This document shows, piece after piece, positions 48,280 through 58,471 of a stretch of 64,000 nt of DNA. The first letter of the stretch is position 1; every line of letters begins with the position of its first letter. The translations under genes and the position numbers were made by a program. The notes under the pieces were generated by a model, which saw only the letters and a list, made by a program, of their open reading frames with translations, had not been told where the DNA came from and made no database searches. The DNA is taken from assembly GCA_963664395.2 (NCBI GenBank), contig OY761159.2, positions 1,792,001 to 1,856,000 on the forward strand, given 5' to 3'. Source of the DNA: Candidatus Binatia bacterium. Its GTDB lineage: Bacteria > Desulfobacterota > Binatia > Bin18.

Positions 48280-49281
48280 CTAGAACAGTGCCAGCGGATT
48301 GAGCGGCGAGCCCGTTCCGCCAGGGACCCGCAAGGGCGCGGCCACAAAGAGAAAGGTCCAGCGCTTGCGCGCTTGCGCTTCGCGGGCCAGATCTTCGAGG
48401 TTCAGATTATCCAGCAGCGGCATACCCAGGGCGACCACGGCCAGCCGGTGAATCGGAAACGGCATGCCCTCGATCCCGGAGGGGAAGACTTCATTCGTGC
48501 CGTCAGAACCAACCGTCGCCACGTCGCGCGCCTTGAGCCAGGGGACGACCGCAGCGTGCAGGCCCGCGGCCCGCTCGGTGAAGTTCCAGGAGCCGACCTC
48601 GTGGTGCCGTTTGTACAGCCCAGTGCGCACCAGCAGCACATCGCCGCTCGCTATGTGGATACCGGTTTTTCGTTCCCAGGCTTCCAGGTCTTCGACGCGG
48701 ACCGCTGTACCCGGTTCGAGATAGGATACGTCTTTCAGCCAAGGGACATCCACCAGGACTCCCCGCGTAAAGATGCCCTGTTTCATAGCCTGCACGCCGA
48801 GCTGCTCCGCGCCGTCGGGTTTCACCGCCGAGCGCGGGAAACCGTTATACATCTTGCCTTGATGGAAAATATGACACAGCGCGTCCACATGCGAATGGGC
48901 AAAGCCATGATAACGGATCGTATAGGTATCCTCAGCAAAGACGCCGCCGTCATTCTCATGCACCCGGAGGCTGTGCTCAAGCGGAAACTCATTATTCGTG
49001 CTGGCCTCTTTCGCCAGGTCAAAGGCCAGAGAAACCGAGACGCCCTCGGTCACCAGCCCGGCCGCCTGACGCCGCTTCTCGGGGGTAATCAGATTGAGCG
49101 TGCCGAGTTCATCGTCTTTTCCCCAGCGTCCCCAATTTGAGAGTGTAGACATCCACTGCTCAAGCGTCGCTGCCGTGAGCTGAGGGAGCGCGTCTGTGGC
49201 GTGAGCAACACGCGGACGTGCCAGCATAAAAGCAGCCACCAGGATCATGCTCACCGGCAATACCAAGGCTCGGTATCTCAT
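48280..49281 (-). CDS. Cyclase family protein, secreted
   Basis: Signal peptide; 'SNWGRWGKDDELGTLN', 'HG..HSHVDALCH', 'GDVLLVRTG' and 'GTGSPLNP'. Confidence 0.9.
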   Translation of the reverse strand: MRYRALVLPVSMILVAAFMLARPRVAHATDALPQLTAATLEQWMSTLSNWGRWGKDDELGTLNLITPEKRRQAAGLVTEGVSVSLAFDLAKEASTNNEFPLEHSLRVHENDGGVFAEDTYTIRYHGFAHSHVDALCHIFHQGKMYNGFPRSAVKPDGAEQLGVQAMKQGIFTRGVLVDVPWLKDVSYLEPGTAVRVEDLEAWERKTGIHIASGDVLLVRTGLYKRHHEVGSWNFTERAAGLHAAVVPWLKARDVATVGSDGTNEVFPSGIEGMPFPIHRLAVVALGMPLLDNLNLEDLAREAQARKRWTFLFVAAPLRVPGGTGSPLNPLALF

Positions 49282-49469
49282 AGCCCCCTCCTCGGCGGTT
49301 CAGTCCTACTGCTGGCATGTGTACGCGGGATGAGACTGAAGAGCAAGACAAGATAGGAACGTACGCGGCGGAATCCGACGCCGGGAGAGTCTTTTGCAGC
49401 GGCCCGGCCACGGGTAAGCTGTCCCGGTATGGACGGGATGGATGCGAGGGACAAAAGGAGTCAGAAAAC

Positions 49470-50267
49470 ATGACACGCCTGAGCAAGCTGAGTCGATCAA
49501 TCACAGGAAAAATCGCGTTGGTGACCGGAGCCGCCAGCGGCATGGGACGGGCAACCGCCCATCTCTTTGCCGACGAAGAGGCCCAGGTTGCCGTATTGGA
49601 CAGAAACGCGGAAGGCGTTGCCCGCGTCGTCGAGGAGATTACCCAAGCCGGCGGTACGGCCACAGGCTGGACCCTGGACCTCGCCAACGCTGCGGAGATC
49701 GAACCGACGCTGGCCCGGATTGTCGAACATTTCGGCGGGCTCGACATTCTGGTCAACAATGCCGGTATCGATGCCTCTGCCCGTATTCAGAGCAGCAAAT
49801 ACGAAGAGGTCTGGGAGCGCTGTTTCAGCGTGAATCTGACGGCCCACCAGCGTCTCATTCGCGCTGCGCTGCCCTATCTCACAAAAAGCGGGGCCGGACG
49901 GATCGTGAATATTGCTTCGACCGAAGCGGTCGGCGGCAGCGCCTTTGCCAGTCCCTATACCGCAGCGAAACACGGCGTTGTGGGCTTGACCCGGGCGCTG
50001 GCAGTCGAGTTGGCCACCCAGGGCGTCACGGTCAACTGCATTTGTCCGGGCGCGATTCATACCGGCCTGACCGCCACCATCCCGGAGAAAGCAAAAGACA
50101 TCTTCGCCCGCCGGCGCGTGCCGCTCAAACGCTACGGCGACCCGGAAGAAGTCGCCCACGCGACGCTGAGCCTCGTCCTGCCGGCAGCGTCGTACATCAA
50201 TGGAGCCACGCTGGTTGTTGACGGAGGCTTTACGATTCAAAATAACGGTGGTGCGTTGAGTCGTTGA
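49470..50267 (+). CDS. SDR family oxidoreductase
   Basis: TGAASGMG, NNAG and YTAAKHG; RBS aaggag. Confidence 0.92.
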   Translation: MTRLSKLSRSITGKIALVTGAASGMGRATAHLFADEEAQVAVLDRNAEGVARVVEEITQAGGTATGWTLDLANAAEIEPTLARIVEHFGGLDILVNNAGIDASARIQSSKYEEVWERCFSVNLTAHQRLIRAALPYLTKSGAGRIVNIASTEAVGGSAFASPYTAAKHGVVGLTRALAVELATQGVTVNCICPGAIHTGLTATIPEKAKDIFARRRVPLKRYGDPEEVAHATLSLVLPAASYINGATLVVDGGFTIQNNGGALSR

Positions 50268-50288
50268 AGCGGTCCGCGCCGCAGTTGA

Positions 50289-51620
50289 CTATTTCCCTTG
50301 CCCTGCACGCGCCCGTCGCGCAGCCAGCCGCTTCACCTGGCCGGCCACCACGCGCACCTTGCGCGGGCTGGCGAGCCACATGCTGCCGATTGAGACAAAA
50401 GCGAAGAGCATGGCGATCCGGAAGGCAGTTGTATAACTCCCAGTTTGGTCGAAGAGCAGGCCGGTCACCCAGGGTCCGGTCCCGCCGCCCAGACTACCGG
50501 CAATCGTCAGCGTGCCGTAGATACGACCGTACTGTTTGCCCTGAAATATCTCAGCCGGAATAGCACCGAACACCGAGACCGTGCCGTAGCCCAACATGCC
50601 TTGGGCCGTCACCATCGCATATAACAGAACGAGGCTCGGCTGCTCGGGCATGCCCAGTAATATGACGTAGCACAGGACAAAGCCCATCATACTGATGGTC
50701 CAGACCCACTCGCGTCCGATCCGGTCGGAGAGCATACCCAGCCCAATCTGACCGCCGCACGCAGTCAGCCCAACCAGCCCGAGGGCAAAGGCCGCTCTTT
50801 CCGGCGAAAAGCCACTATCAGTGAGATATTTGGTTTGGTGCACCTGGATGGCATACCAGGCGTACAAACTGCTGAAAAAAGAGACGCCCAACCACCAGAA
50901 ACGGGAGGTGCGCATGGCGCGGGCCAGGGTCCAGTCCGTCGCGGCCCAGGCATGGTCCACGACATTGTCAGCCGGGCGCTGCCCACCGTGAGCGCTGCTT
51001 GGGGCGATATCTCCGTCGGGCGCTAAGCCGAGATCCTCGGGCCGGCGGCGTTGCAGGATCATGTTTAACGGCAATACGATCACTACCAGGAGCCCCGCCA
51101 CGACCCAACACGCCTCCCGCCAGCCGGTCTGGTCAATAATGCGCTGGATCCACGGAAAGAGAATGATGGAGCCGACGCCCACGCCGGAAAAGGCAAGCCC
51201 CAGGGCCAGCCCGCGGCGGCGCACAAACCAGTAGGGTAAAAACAGGGAGTGACCGAGATAGCTGATAGACGTACTCGCGCCGCCGACCAGGATGCCAAAG
51301 GCCAGATACAGGTGCCACGGCTGAGAAACAAAGGTGATCGCGACCATGCCGCTGCTCACCACAACCGCGCCCAGCGGGATGACCACGCGCGGCCCCCAGC
51401 GATCCATGAGCATGCCGACCATGGGAGCGTACACGGTTGCCGCCAGAAAACCGCAGGAAAACGCCGCGGCCGTACTGCCCCGGTCCCAACCGAACTCCGC
51501 CAGAATGGGCGGAAACAGTAAGGAGAAAGTTGTGCGCGTATTCACGCCGATAGCCAGGGTGACAAAGGCCACGGCCACGACCGCCCAGCCATAATAAAAG
51601 GGAAATTCTTTTCGCTGCAT
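50289..51620 (-). CDS. MFS transporter
   Basis: About 12 hydrophobic helices; 'FYYGW', 'MDRWGPR', 'WFVRRRGLALG' and 'SDRIGRE'. Confidence 0.92.
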   Translation of the reverse strand: MQRKEFPFYYGWAVVAVAFVTLAIGVNTRTTFSLLFPPILAEFGWDRGSTAAAFSCGFLAATVYAPMVGMLMDRWGPRVVIPLGAVVVSSGMVAITFVSQPWHLYLAFGILVGGASTSISYLGHSLFLPYWFVRRRGLALGLAFSGVGVGSIILFPWIQRIIDQTGWREACWVVAGLLVVIVLPLNMILQRRRPEDLGLAPDGDIAPSSAHGGQRPADNVVDHAWAATDWTLARAMRTSRFWWLGVSFFSSLYAWYAIQVHQTKYLTDSGFSPERAAFALGLVGLTACGGQIGLGMLSDRIGREWVWTISMMGFVLCYVILLGMPEQPSLVLLYAMVTAQGMLGYGTVSVFGAIPAEIFQGKQYGRIYGTLTIAGSLGGGTGPWVTGLLFDQTGSYTTAFRIAMLFAFVSIGSMWLASPRKVRVVAGQVKRLAARRARAGQGK

Positions 51621-51777
51621 CGGATATCGTCGTGACGGAAGAGTAAGCGCGCACCTTACACAAAGTCGACGGCTTTGTCTGTGGCCGACCCGCCCGTTGT
51701 CTTCCGCCCTCGGAGCGATTACCCTCCTGCCATCACGCTGATATTCACGTGAGCGGCCACACACAAGGAGGGAGCGT

Positions 51778-52632
51778 ATGGAATTCGAAACCTTGGCCAG
51801 CGGCTACGGACTCGTCGAGGGTCCCCGGACCGACGCTCAGAATCGGCTCTATTACAGTGATGTGCGCGGCGGCGGGGTCTTCCGACGCAGCCCCGACGGT
51901 GAGATTGAAGCCTTGCTGCCGGATCGTAAGTTTGTCGGCGGGATCGCCTTAAATGCAGGCGGCGGGATAGTGGTGACCGGGTTGTCTCTGGCCCAGTGGA
52001 ACGAGCAGTCCGGTGAGTTACGGGAGATATTCGCCGAGTGGCAGGGCAAGCCCTTATTTGGCCTGAACGACCTCACCATGGACGACCAAGGCAGTATTTG
52101 GGTTGGCTCGTTTGGTTGCAATATCCATGAATTCGATTTTAAGAGCACACCGCCACCTGGGTCGCTCTTCCGCATTGACCCGCCAGGTCAGATTACGCAC
52201 ATGTGGGAAGGGGTCGAGGTCACAAACGGTCTGGGTTTCAGTCCGGACCGAAAACTCCTGTACCACTGTGATTCAACCACCCGAGCAGTCTGGGCCTATG
52301 AAGTGCGTGCAGACCGCACCGTCAGTGATCGCCGACGCTTTGCCGAACTACCCGAGGGCATGCCCGACGGCATGACCGTTGATATCGAAGGCGGGGTATG
52401 GGTCGCCACGGTGGCCGGACGGGGTGAAATCGTGCGTTTCAAACCGGACGGCACGGTCGATCAACGCATTAAGGTACCGGCCAAAACGGTCACCAGCGTG
52501 GCTTTTGGTGGGCCGGACATGTCGGACCTGTACGTGGTCACCGCCAACAACGATCAACGCGAGCTCAAGGGCAGCGTCTTTCGGGCGCGTTCGGACATCC
52601 CTGGGCTGCCGGTGCCCCAGGCGCGCTTCTAA
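51778..52632 (+). CDS. SMP-30/gluconolactonase/LRE family protein
   Basis: EGP, LNDL, 'NGLGFSPD', 'PDGMTVD.EG' and 'TSVAFGG'. Confidence 0.92.
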   Translation: MEFETLASGYGLVEGPRTDAQNRLYYSDVRGGGVFRRSPDGEIEALLPDRKFVGGIALNAGGGIVVTGLSLAQWNEQSGELREIFAEWQGKPLFGLNDLTMDDQGSIWVGSFGCNIHEFDFKSTPPPGSLFRIDPPGQITHMWEGVEVTNGLGFSPDRKLLYHCDSTTRAVWAYEVRADRTVSDRRRFAELPEGMPDGMTVDIEGGVWVATVAGRGEIVRFKPDGTVDQRIKVPAKTVTSVAFGGPDMSDLYVVTANNDQRELKGSVFRARSDIPGLPVPQARF

Positions 52633-52642
52633 GGAGGAAGCC

Positions 52643-53311
52643 ATGTTAAAGTTTATGGCTGCTGTTCGGCGTCTGGAGCATGTTTCGCACGACGAGCTGG
52701 TCCACGCCTGGGAACACATTCACGCTCCGCATGTCGTTTCGCTGGTCAAGCCGGAACGCTATCGCATCACCTTCTTTGACCCGCCCTCGGACAACGCCGA
52801 TGCGGACAGCCGTCCACCGGACGGTATGGCCGAGCTGTGGTTTCGGGATCGAGAACATTTTGAGACCACGATCGGACGGCAGGCCCCGCCCAATATCGAC
52901 GCCGACAAATTCAGCACCTATGCCGCCATCCAACCGGGCTGCAATCTGTTTGTGACCGAGCATCTCAACGTTGATGGTCCGACGACGCGCGACACCACCA
53001 AGCTCGTCTTCTTTATCAAGAGACGCCAAGGAATTGAGCGCGCCCACCTGGACGACTACTGGCTGAACGTCCATGTGCCAAACGTTGTTGCGGCCATCAA
53101 TAATACGCCTGACGCGGTGCGTTATTCCGTGGACCTGGTTGACCTGGACGATTCCGAGCGAGAGCGCACCTACGACGGTGTAGCGCAAATCTGCGTCGAT
53201 CATCCCAACGCCACCTTCGCCGACATCCAGGGCTATGAGCCCGACGATTTCGGCGAGCTGGTCGAACCCATGCTGGTATGCAGCGGACACGAGGTGCGTA
53301 TTGTGGGCTGA
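52643..53311 (+). CDS. EthD-domain protein (two dimeric alpha/beta-barrel repeats)
   Basis: Two 'W...H.P.V ... DG.A.' repeats; RBS aaggagg. Confidence 0.8.
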   Translation: MLKFMAAVRRLEHVSHDELVHAWEHIHAPHVVSLVKPERYRITFFDPPSDNADADSRPPDGMAELWFRDREHFETTIGRQAPPNIDADKFSTYAAIQPGCNLFVTEHLNVDGPTTRDTTKLVFFIKRRQGIERAHLDDYWLNVHVPNVVAAINNTPDAVRYSVDLVDLDDSERERTYDGVAQICVDHPNATFADIQGYEPDDFGELVEPMLVCSGHEVRIVG

Positions 53312-53332
53312 TTGGTGTCGGGAACGACACGC

Positions 53333-53584
53333 TCAGTTTTCATCCGCGAGAAGCGCCTTGAGTCTCGCTTCCGTCAAGCCGTTCTCGGCTGCTCTCTCGC
53401 CTAAGGTGTCCATCGTCATTGTCAGACGTTCCCAGGTAGCGCCGTGAAGTCGCTCGTAGTGTTGTACCGACATCATTACGCCGACCGCCTTGCCTTTCTT
53501 GGTCACACGCACGGGCGCACTCTGCACGGCATCCAGCAAATAGCCGAAGCGATTCCTGGCATTCCTGGCGGTAATCTCTTTTAT
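53333..53584 (-). pseudogene. Orphan Phd/YefM antitoxin with start codon apparently ATA
   Basis: Frame reads (ATA)KEITARNARNRFGYLLDAVQSAPVRVTKKGKAVGVMMS, a Phd N-terminus; no toxin gene follows. Confidence 0.7.
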
Positions 53585-53609
53585 AATGGGTTTGTGACAG
53601 AGTCTGTCA

Positions 53610-54809
53610 TCAGGAGTCTTCTAATTGAAGGACGGCTACTTCAGGAATGCGGGGTAACCCCTGACGTTGCAGATACAGGGCAAATCGCTGCTGGATTCTG
53701 GTCAGAAAAGGGTGCAGTAGACGACCGATACGCTTATCCTTTAGAGCCGAATATTTCTCTATGCGGAGTTTTTTGAAGTCGAACCGTATGCTTTTCCTAT
53801 CGTAAATGGAGAATGCGATGCTCTCCCATATTCGCTCGGAAAAGTGCCCGTTTTGTCTTTGATAGCTATCAGAGAGTTGCTTGTCGCTCATCTTTTTTCC
53901 CTCGATGCAATACAATTCCACCTCGTCCGATTCTCCGTCTCTTCTGGGAACGCAGTCGCAGTCCGGTCGGAGATTGAGCAGAAATTTCCCCCGGGGCTGT
54001 CTGAACAAGTCGCCGCACCTGATCTCGTCTTCCGGCAAGTTATTCTGTGCGCGGAAACTGGTTTCGCCGACCAGCGCACGCAAATCCTCCCTGGGAACCT
54101 CAGCATAAGGAGCGGCGAGAATTTCCGTCTCGAACGCGCTCGTCCGCATGCGCCCCCGCAGGCTGTCGTTGATCAGATGCGTGAGGGACGAACTCGGGTC
54201 CACGCTGTCGTCTTTGTACGCTTTCCAGAACACCCTGGGCCAGTCCGAGCTTCTTGCGTACATCGAACCGAACAGCTCTTTCTTAGCGGCATAGAATGCC
54301 TGTTCCCAGGTTTTCAGGGTATACACTGACGCGTTTTTCCTGACCCAGCCTTCGATGGTGCTGGAATTTAGTGAGCCGTCGTCGGACAGGAGGTTGCCCT
54401 TCCGCTGAATGAATACGAAACTCTTCTCCGACGATTCCTCCGGGTAAATGTCCTTAGGCAAATTGCTCTTAATATAATCAGGACTCTCATTGGTGAAAAT
54501 GAAGACCGGCACGAAGTAGTCTTTTGCTTTTTTAAGGAACTGAATGTTTTTCTTGACGCCCGTCCGCTCTAGTTCGGAAGCACCGCGCGGCCATAGCTCC
54601 CAGTCCAGGAGGACGAAACTAGCGGCCTGCAGCAGATTGGGCCAGGTCTTCTCCGGTGGCATCTCTTTAGCCTTGTAGAATGGCAAGTCCCATTCCTGTT
54701 CGACTTGTTCAACGATCTTGACAATTCGATCTTCGGTCCCGTCTCCACCGTCTTCGATTTTGTCGTCAATCACAACGGCGATGCCGGACATCAGGCTTTT
54801 GAGTTCCAT
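53610..54809 (-). CDS. Receiver (REC)-like domain protein with uncharacterised C-terminal effector domain
   Basis: 'AVVIDD', 'VLLDW' (phosphoacceptor Asp) and 'PVFIFT'; C-terminal 'CGDLF...LNLRPDCDC...YLQRQGLP'; start overlaps the kinase stop (TAATG). Confidence 0.75.
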   Translation of the reverse strand: MELKSLMSGIAVVIDDKIEDGGDGTEDRIVKIVEQVEQEWDLPFYKAKEMPPEKTWPNLLQAASFVLLDWELWPRGASELERTGVKKNIQFLKKAKDYFVPVFIFTNESPDYIKSNLPKDIYPEESSEKSFVFIQRKGNLLSDDGSLNSSTIEGWVRKNASVYTLKTWEQAFYAAKKELFGSMYARSSDWPRVFWKAYKDDSVDPSSSLTHLINDSLRGRMRTSAFETEILAAPYAEVPREDLRALVGETSFRAQNNLPEDEIRCGDLFRQPRGKFLLNLRPDCDCVPRRDGESDEVELYCIEGKKMSDKQLSDSYQRQNGHFSERIWESIAFSIYDRKSIRFDFKKLRIEKYSALKDKRIGRLLHPFLTRIQQRFALYLQRQGLPRIPEVAVLQLEDS

Positions 54810-57010
54810 TAAGTATCTTCCTTTACAAAGCTAACGACGAAGTTAGCACCAGGCAGAAATTGCTGATGAGCCTCAGCGGCAGCGATACGGTAGTCGTGCC
54901 GCTCCAATAGCTGGCGGGCGATGTACAGACCTAGACCTCGCCCTTCCTGTCCTTTCCCGGAGTAGAACGGCTCGAATATATGTGGCAGATCTTCCGGATC
55001 GATGCCGGGACCGTTATCCGAAAAAATCAACTCTCCTTGGTCTCCGTCGATGGTAACGCGGATTTCCCGCTCAGCGGAGTTAAGGGTGTCCAGCCAATAA
55101 GAGGCGTTGTCAAATAGGTTGATCAAGACCTGCATGACCACCCCGTCCGTGGTGCTGGCCACCAGTGGTGAACCGCCTACTTTGACCTTTTGATAGTGGA
55201 TATCTCTTTGTTCAAGCAGGCTCTTGTAAATTTGGTATATCTTGTCCAATACCGGCTCGACTTTAAGGACCTTCCGCCTTTGCCGCGACGACTTGAACAG
55301 ACTCTGCACGTCCCGCATCCCGTCTGCGATCTGCTGCAACACCCCGACCAGCATGTCCGCCTGCTCCTGGATTTCGTCGTCGCCCACCGTCCGCGATGTC
55401 CGGGCGAGCCGCTTGCCTATGTCCTGAGCACGATTCATCAGGAGCATGATGTCGTGGGAAGCCATTTCCACGGACAGGCCGACACCGGCCAAGTCCTCGG
55501 TCATCTCGGCGCGTCGCGATAGATACTCTTTCTCCCGCTCATACTCCGCTTTGATCCTCGCAACCTTACGAACCTGGGATTTGTGCCCCGCCCTCTCAAG
55601 TCCCTCCTTCAGGTCCACCAAATTCTGAGCGACCACCCCCTCGCGTACAAACCGGGCGGTGTTGCGCTGTATCTGTTTCTGCTGATAGCGCGCGAACGGA
55701 TGCTGCTTAATATAGGATAAGAAAGCCTGGACCAAGAAAATGAAATCACCCGCTGCACCGCCAATCTCGATTAAGCCCTCCCGGCTAGTCTTATCCCGCA
55801 GTTCAGGATTACCTTCCTGGGTAATGTCGACCCAGCCGATGATCTGATCGTTGCTGAAAAAATCGCCCGCTCGCCCGGTGCCACGAGTTACATCGATGTT
55901 CAGCCAGTCGTCATCTGGATCGCCGTACGGATACACCCTCACACCGTCTCGGTACAGATAGATCCGATGGTCCTTGAGCAGGTCCTTTTCATCTTGGCGC
56001 AACGCATACCGGCCATCGATACCGCGTGAAAAATCGAAAATGTAGAATTGGAATGCAAAATCCCCGCATTTGTATTTTTGGGCTGCTGCTATACGGACGC
56101 CAGCTTTGCCGAAGCGCTGCCGCCATATCCATAGGCCCTTGATTTTTGCGTCCTCCAAGCCGATTTTCTCGTTGTCTGCGTTGGTCTTGAATAAGAACGC
56201 GTTTTCCTCGGACTGAAAGCGACCCTGGATGTTCAGCACCGACTTGTCTTCGATTAGAGCCTTCAGCGTCTCCGTACTGTCGGATTCGACTGACCGGCGC
56301 TCACCGTTGCAGAAAATAGCGACCTCGAAGCGGTCGGCGGCCTTGCGGTGCGTAATCCGTGAGACAGGGTCTGTCAAATTCGAGACATCCCGGCACAGTT
56401 GCTTAATGATACTGTTGTTCCAGACGCCCTTCAGGTTCTGAATTTCGATAACAGTACCGTGCTTTACGCCCGGCAATTTTTCGGGTTTGGACTGCGAACA
56501 ATCGATTTTTATCTCATCCAGGAAAATTTCTTTCTCTTTGCCGTTCTCCAACACAAAATCGTCGTCGAACCGGGAAAAGTCGTAAGCCAGCACGGTCTCA
56601 AAGTCCACTCTACGCGGGCGCGTTGTGACCGTGATCACTCTGCCCAGTTTCAGGACTGCAAAGCGTCCAATACCCTTTTCGCCTTGGATTACTCGCTTCT
56701 TACCAGGCGTTTTTGCCTTTCCCTGCTGCTTGTCGAGATATTTTTGCGGCGCGGCAGGATTCATCCACTGGGTCCGCACGGTCTCGGGCGTCATCCCGGT
56801 GCCGTTATCCCGCACCACGATGCGTGAATACCCCTCGTGCGACATGTCCTCGTTGAAATCTTCGAACAACACCTTGACCCGGCTGGCGTCCGCGTCGTAG
56901 GCATTCTTTATCAGTTCGACCAGCGCGATCCTCTCATTCTTGATTAACTGGTCGCCCAGCATGGTCAGCAGCCGGGCGTAAGGGCGAATCGACAGCGCTT
57001 CGGGCTTCAT
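54809..57010 (-). CDS. MORC-like GHKL ATPase (HATPase_c_3) fused to a histidine kinase
   Basis: N-terminal 'ELIKNAYDADA', 'DNGTGM', 'GEKGIGRFA' and S5-like 'YLYRDGVRVYPYG..DDDWL'; C-terminal 'EMASHDI' His box, 'NLFDNA', 'DNGPGI', 'PFYS' and 'GRGLGL'; no TM helices. Confidence 0.88.
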   Translation of the reverse strand: MKPEALSIRPYARLLTMLGDQLIKNERIALVELIKNAYDADASRVKVLFEDFNEDMSHEGYSRIVVRDNGTGMTPETVRTQWMNPAAPQKYLDKQQGKAKTPGKKRVIQGEKGIGRFAVLKLGRVITVTTRPRRVDFETVLAYDFSRFDDDFVLENGKEKEIFLDEIKIDCSQSKPEKLPGVKHGTVIEIQNLKGVWNNSIIKQLCRDVSNLTDPVSRITHRKAADRFEVAIFCNGERRSVESDSTETLKALIEDKSVLNIQGRFQSEENAFLFKTNADNEKIGLEDAKIKGLWIWRQRFGKAGVRIAAAQKYKCGDFAFQFYIFDFSRGIDGRYALRQDEKDLLKDHRIYLYRDGVRVYPYGDPDDDWLNIDVTRGTGRAGDFFSNDQIIGWVDITQEGNPELRDKTSREGLIEIGGAAGDFIFLVQAFLSYIKQHPFARYQQKQIQRNTARFVREGVVAQNLVDLKEGLERAGHKSQVRKVARIKAEYEREKEYLSRRAEMTEDLAGVGLSVEMASHDIMLLMNRAQDIGKRLARTSRTVGDDEIQEQADMLVGVLQQIADGMRDVQSLFKSSRQRRKVLKVEPVLDKIYQIYKSLLEQRDIHYQKVKVGGSPLVASTTDGVVMQVLINLFDNASYWLDTLNSAEREIRVTIDGDQGELIFSDNGPGIDPEDLPHIFEPFYSGKGQEGRGLGLYIARQLLERHDYRIAAAEAHQQFLPGANFVVSFVKEDT

Positions 57011-58251
57011 CGCTTTCTCCCGATGACGACGAATTCTTCACCGTACACCTGACGCTGCGTCGAATCCCGAGTGAACCGACCCCGGGCATCCCGGTATGGA
57101 GTCATGATCTTCAACGAAATTTTGCGTGGGATAGTTTTTACGCCGAGAAAATCCGCGCGCTCCATGCAGTCCACCAAATGTTTAGCATTGTCGATCTTGA
57201 CGTTTTTGTACTGCGTGTTCCCGATCACGAAAACCGCCATCCCGCCGTCATTCAGCATACGCTCGCACTTGGCAACCGCTTTGTCCATGTCGAGAAAGTA
57301 GCGCGCCACTGAATGCGCCTTTCGTCGGTCTTCGTGCAGCAGGCCACGATAGGTTTCCTCAGCGGCCGCTCCGAGACCTTCAACCGCGGCGGGTTTGGGC
57401 GGTTCCACACCATACTGGTTGCCGAGCATATTTTTCCGTAGCACGCGATAGTCGGATGCATAGCGCAGCCACAGTGTCGAAAGCTGATGGATACTCGCAT
57501 AGTCGTATGAAGTGACGTACGGCGGGCTGGTGACGATCAGATCGGCCCTCCAGTCCGGCTCCGTAGACGCCAGAAAATTCTGCGTCCGGATGCGGACTCG
57601 CGGGCTGGGGGTCGGGAAACAGTTCTGCTGGTTTGCGTTTCGCATTAAGACGAACTGCTCCTCGAACGCCTCCATAACTCGGCTCGGTGACTTATGCGGA
57701 TCGAGTTGCGCCTTGATGGACTTCGTCAGCCATCGGGAGGTCGGCTTCAGGATATTCGAGAACCCACAGAGAAAAAATTTCCGGTACGCACTGCGGGCTG
57801 GAGTCTGCTGTCGGATCGCTTGGTCGAGCCGGATCAAGTCTTCGATGTTGCGTTCCTCGAACCAGTACCGCATCCGGTCGCTAATTCGTACATGTTCCTC
57901 CTGGGTGGGCTCTACGCGGCGAAATTCGTCCTTGATGGCGTCAAAGTGCCGCGCCAGAACTGCGTCCTGGTAGTGATGGGTTTTCACCTGCGCGATCAGC
58001 ACAGCGACGGGGTTGATGTCGCACCCCCAGAATTTTTTTCCGTTCCTTTTCGCTTCTACCGCAGTGGTGCCACATCCACAGAAAACGTCTGCAACGACTC
58101 TCACGTTCACGCCTTGCTGTTCGGCGTACCGCAGGGCCTTGGTAGTGATAAAAGCGGGAAATTTTGCAGGATAGCTGTGAATCCTGTGGATCGGATCCTC
58201 TCTATCTTCTCCAAAATTCCAGTATGAGGTTGAATTGTCGGAACTACTCAT
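57007..58251 (-). CDS. Amino-DNA methyltransferase (probably N4-cytosine)
   Basis: 'IHSYPAKF', motif I 'DVFCGCGTT', 'DINP', motif IV 'VTSPPY'; stop overlaps the kinase start (ATGA). GTG 58260 is an alternative start. Confidence 0.88.
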   Translation of the reverse strand: MSSSDNSTSYWNFGEDREDPIHRIHSYPAKFPAFITTKALRYAEQQGVNVRVVADVFCGCGTTAVEAKRNGKKFWGCDINPVAVLIAQVKTHHYQDAVLARHFDAIKDEFRRVEPTQEEHVRISDRMRYWFEERNIEDLIRLDQAIRQQTPARSAYRKFFLCGFSNILKPTSRWLTKSIKAQLDPHKSPSRVMEAFEEQFVLMRNANQQNCFPTPSPRVRIRTQNFLASTEPDWRADLIVTSPPYVTSYDYASIHQLSTLWLRYASDYRVLRKNMLGNQYGVEPPKPAAVEGLGAAAEETYRGLLHEDRRKAHSVARYFLDMDKAVAKCERMLNDGGMAVFVIGNTQYKNVKIDNAKHLVDCMERADFLGVKTIPRKISLKIMTPYRDARGRFTRDSTQRQVYGEEFVVIGRKR

Positions 58252-58288
58252 GACCCCCACCGCCCACTGTTCTCACCGGATAAAGTCC

Positions 58289-58471
58289 TTAGGCAGCACA
58301 TAGAGAGTAGCAACCGACCAAAGGACGGCACGGGGCGATTCCACTCATCGACTCCAAGGATGACAGCCCGGGTTTGCCGTAGCGGGTGATGATCACCGTC
58401 TCTCCATGCGCCGCGCCTTCTACCAGGGCTGACAGCCTAGCCTTTGCGTCGCGTAATTGAACCTCGTACAT
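58289..58471 (-). pseudogene. Frameshifted Phd/YefM antitoxin remnant
   Basis: MYEVQLRDAKARLSALVEGAAHGETVIITRYGKP, then a frameshift into AVILGVDEWNR..VPSFGRLL. Confidence 0.75.
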
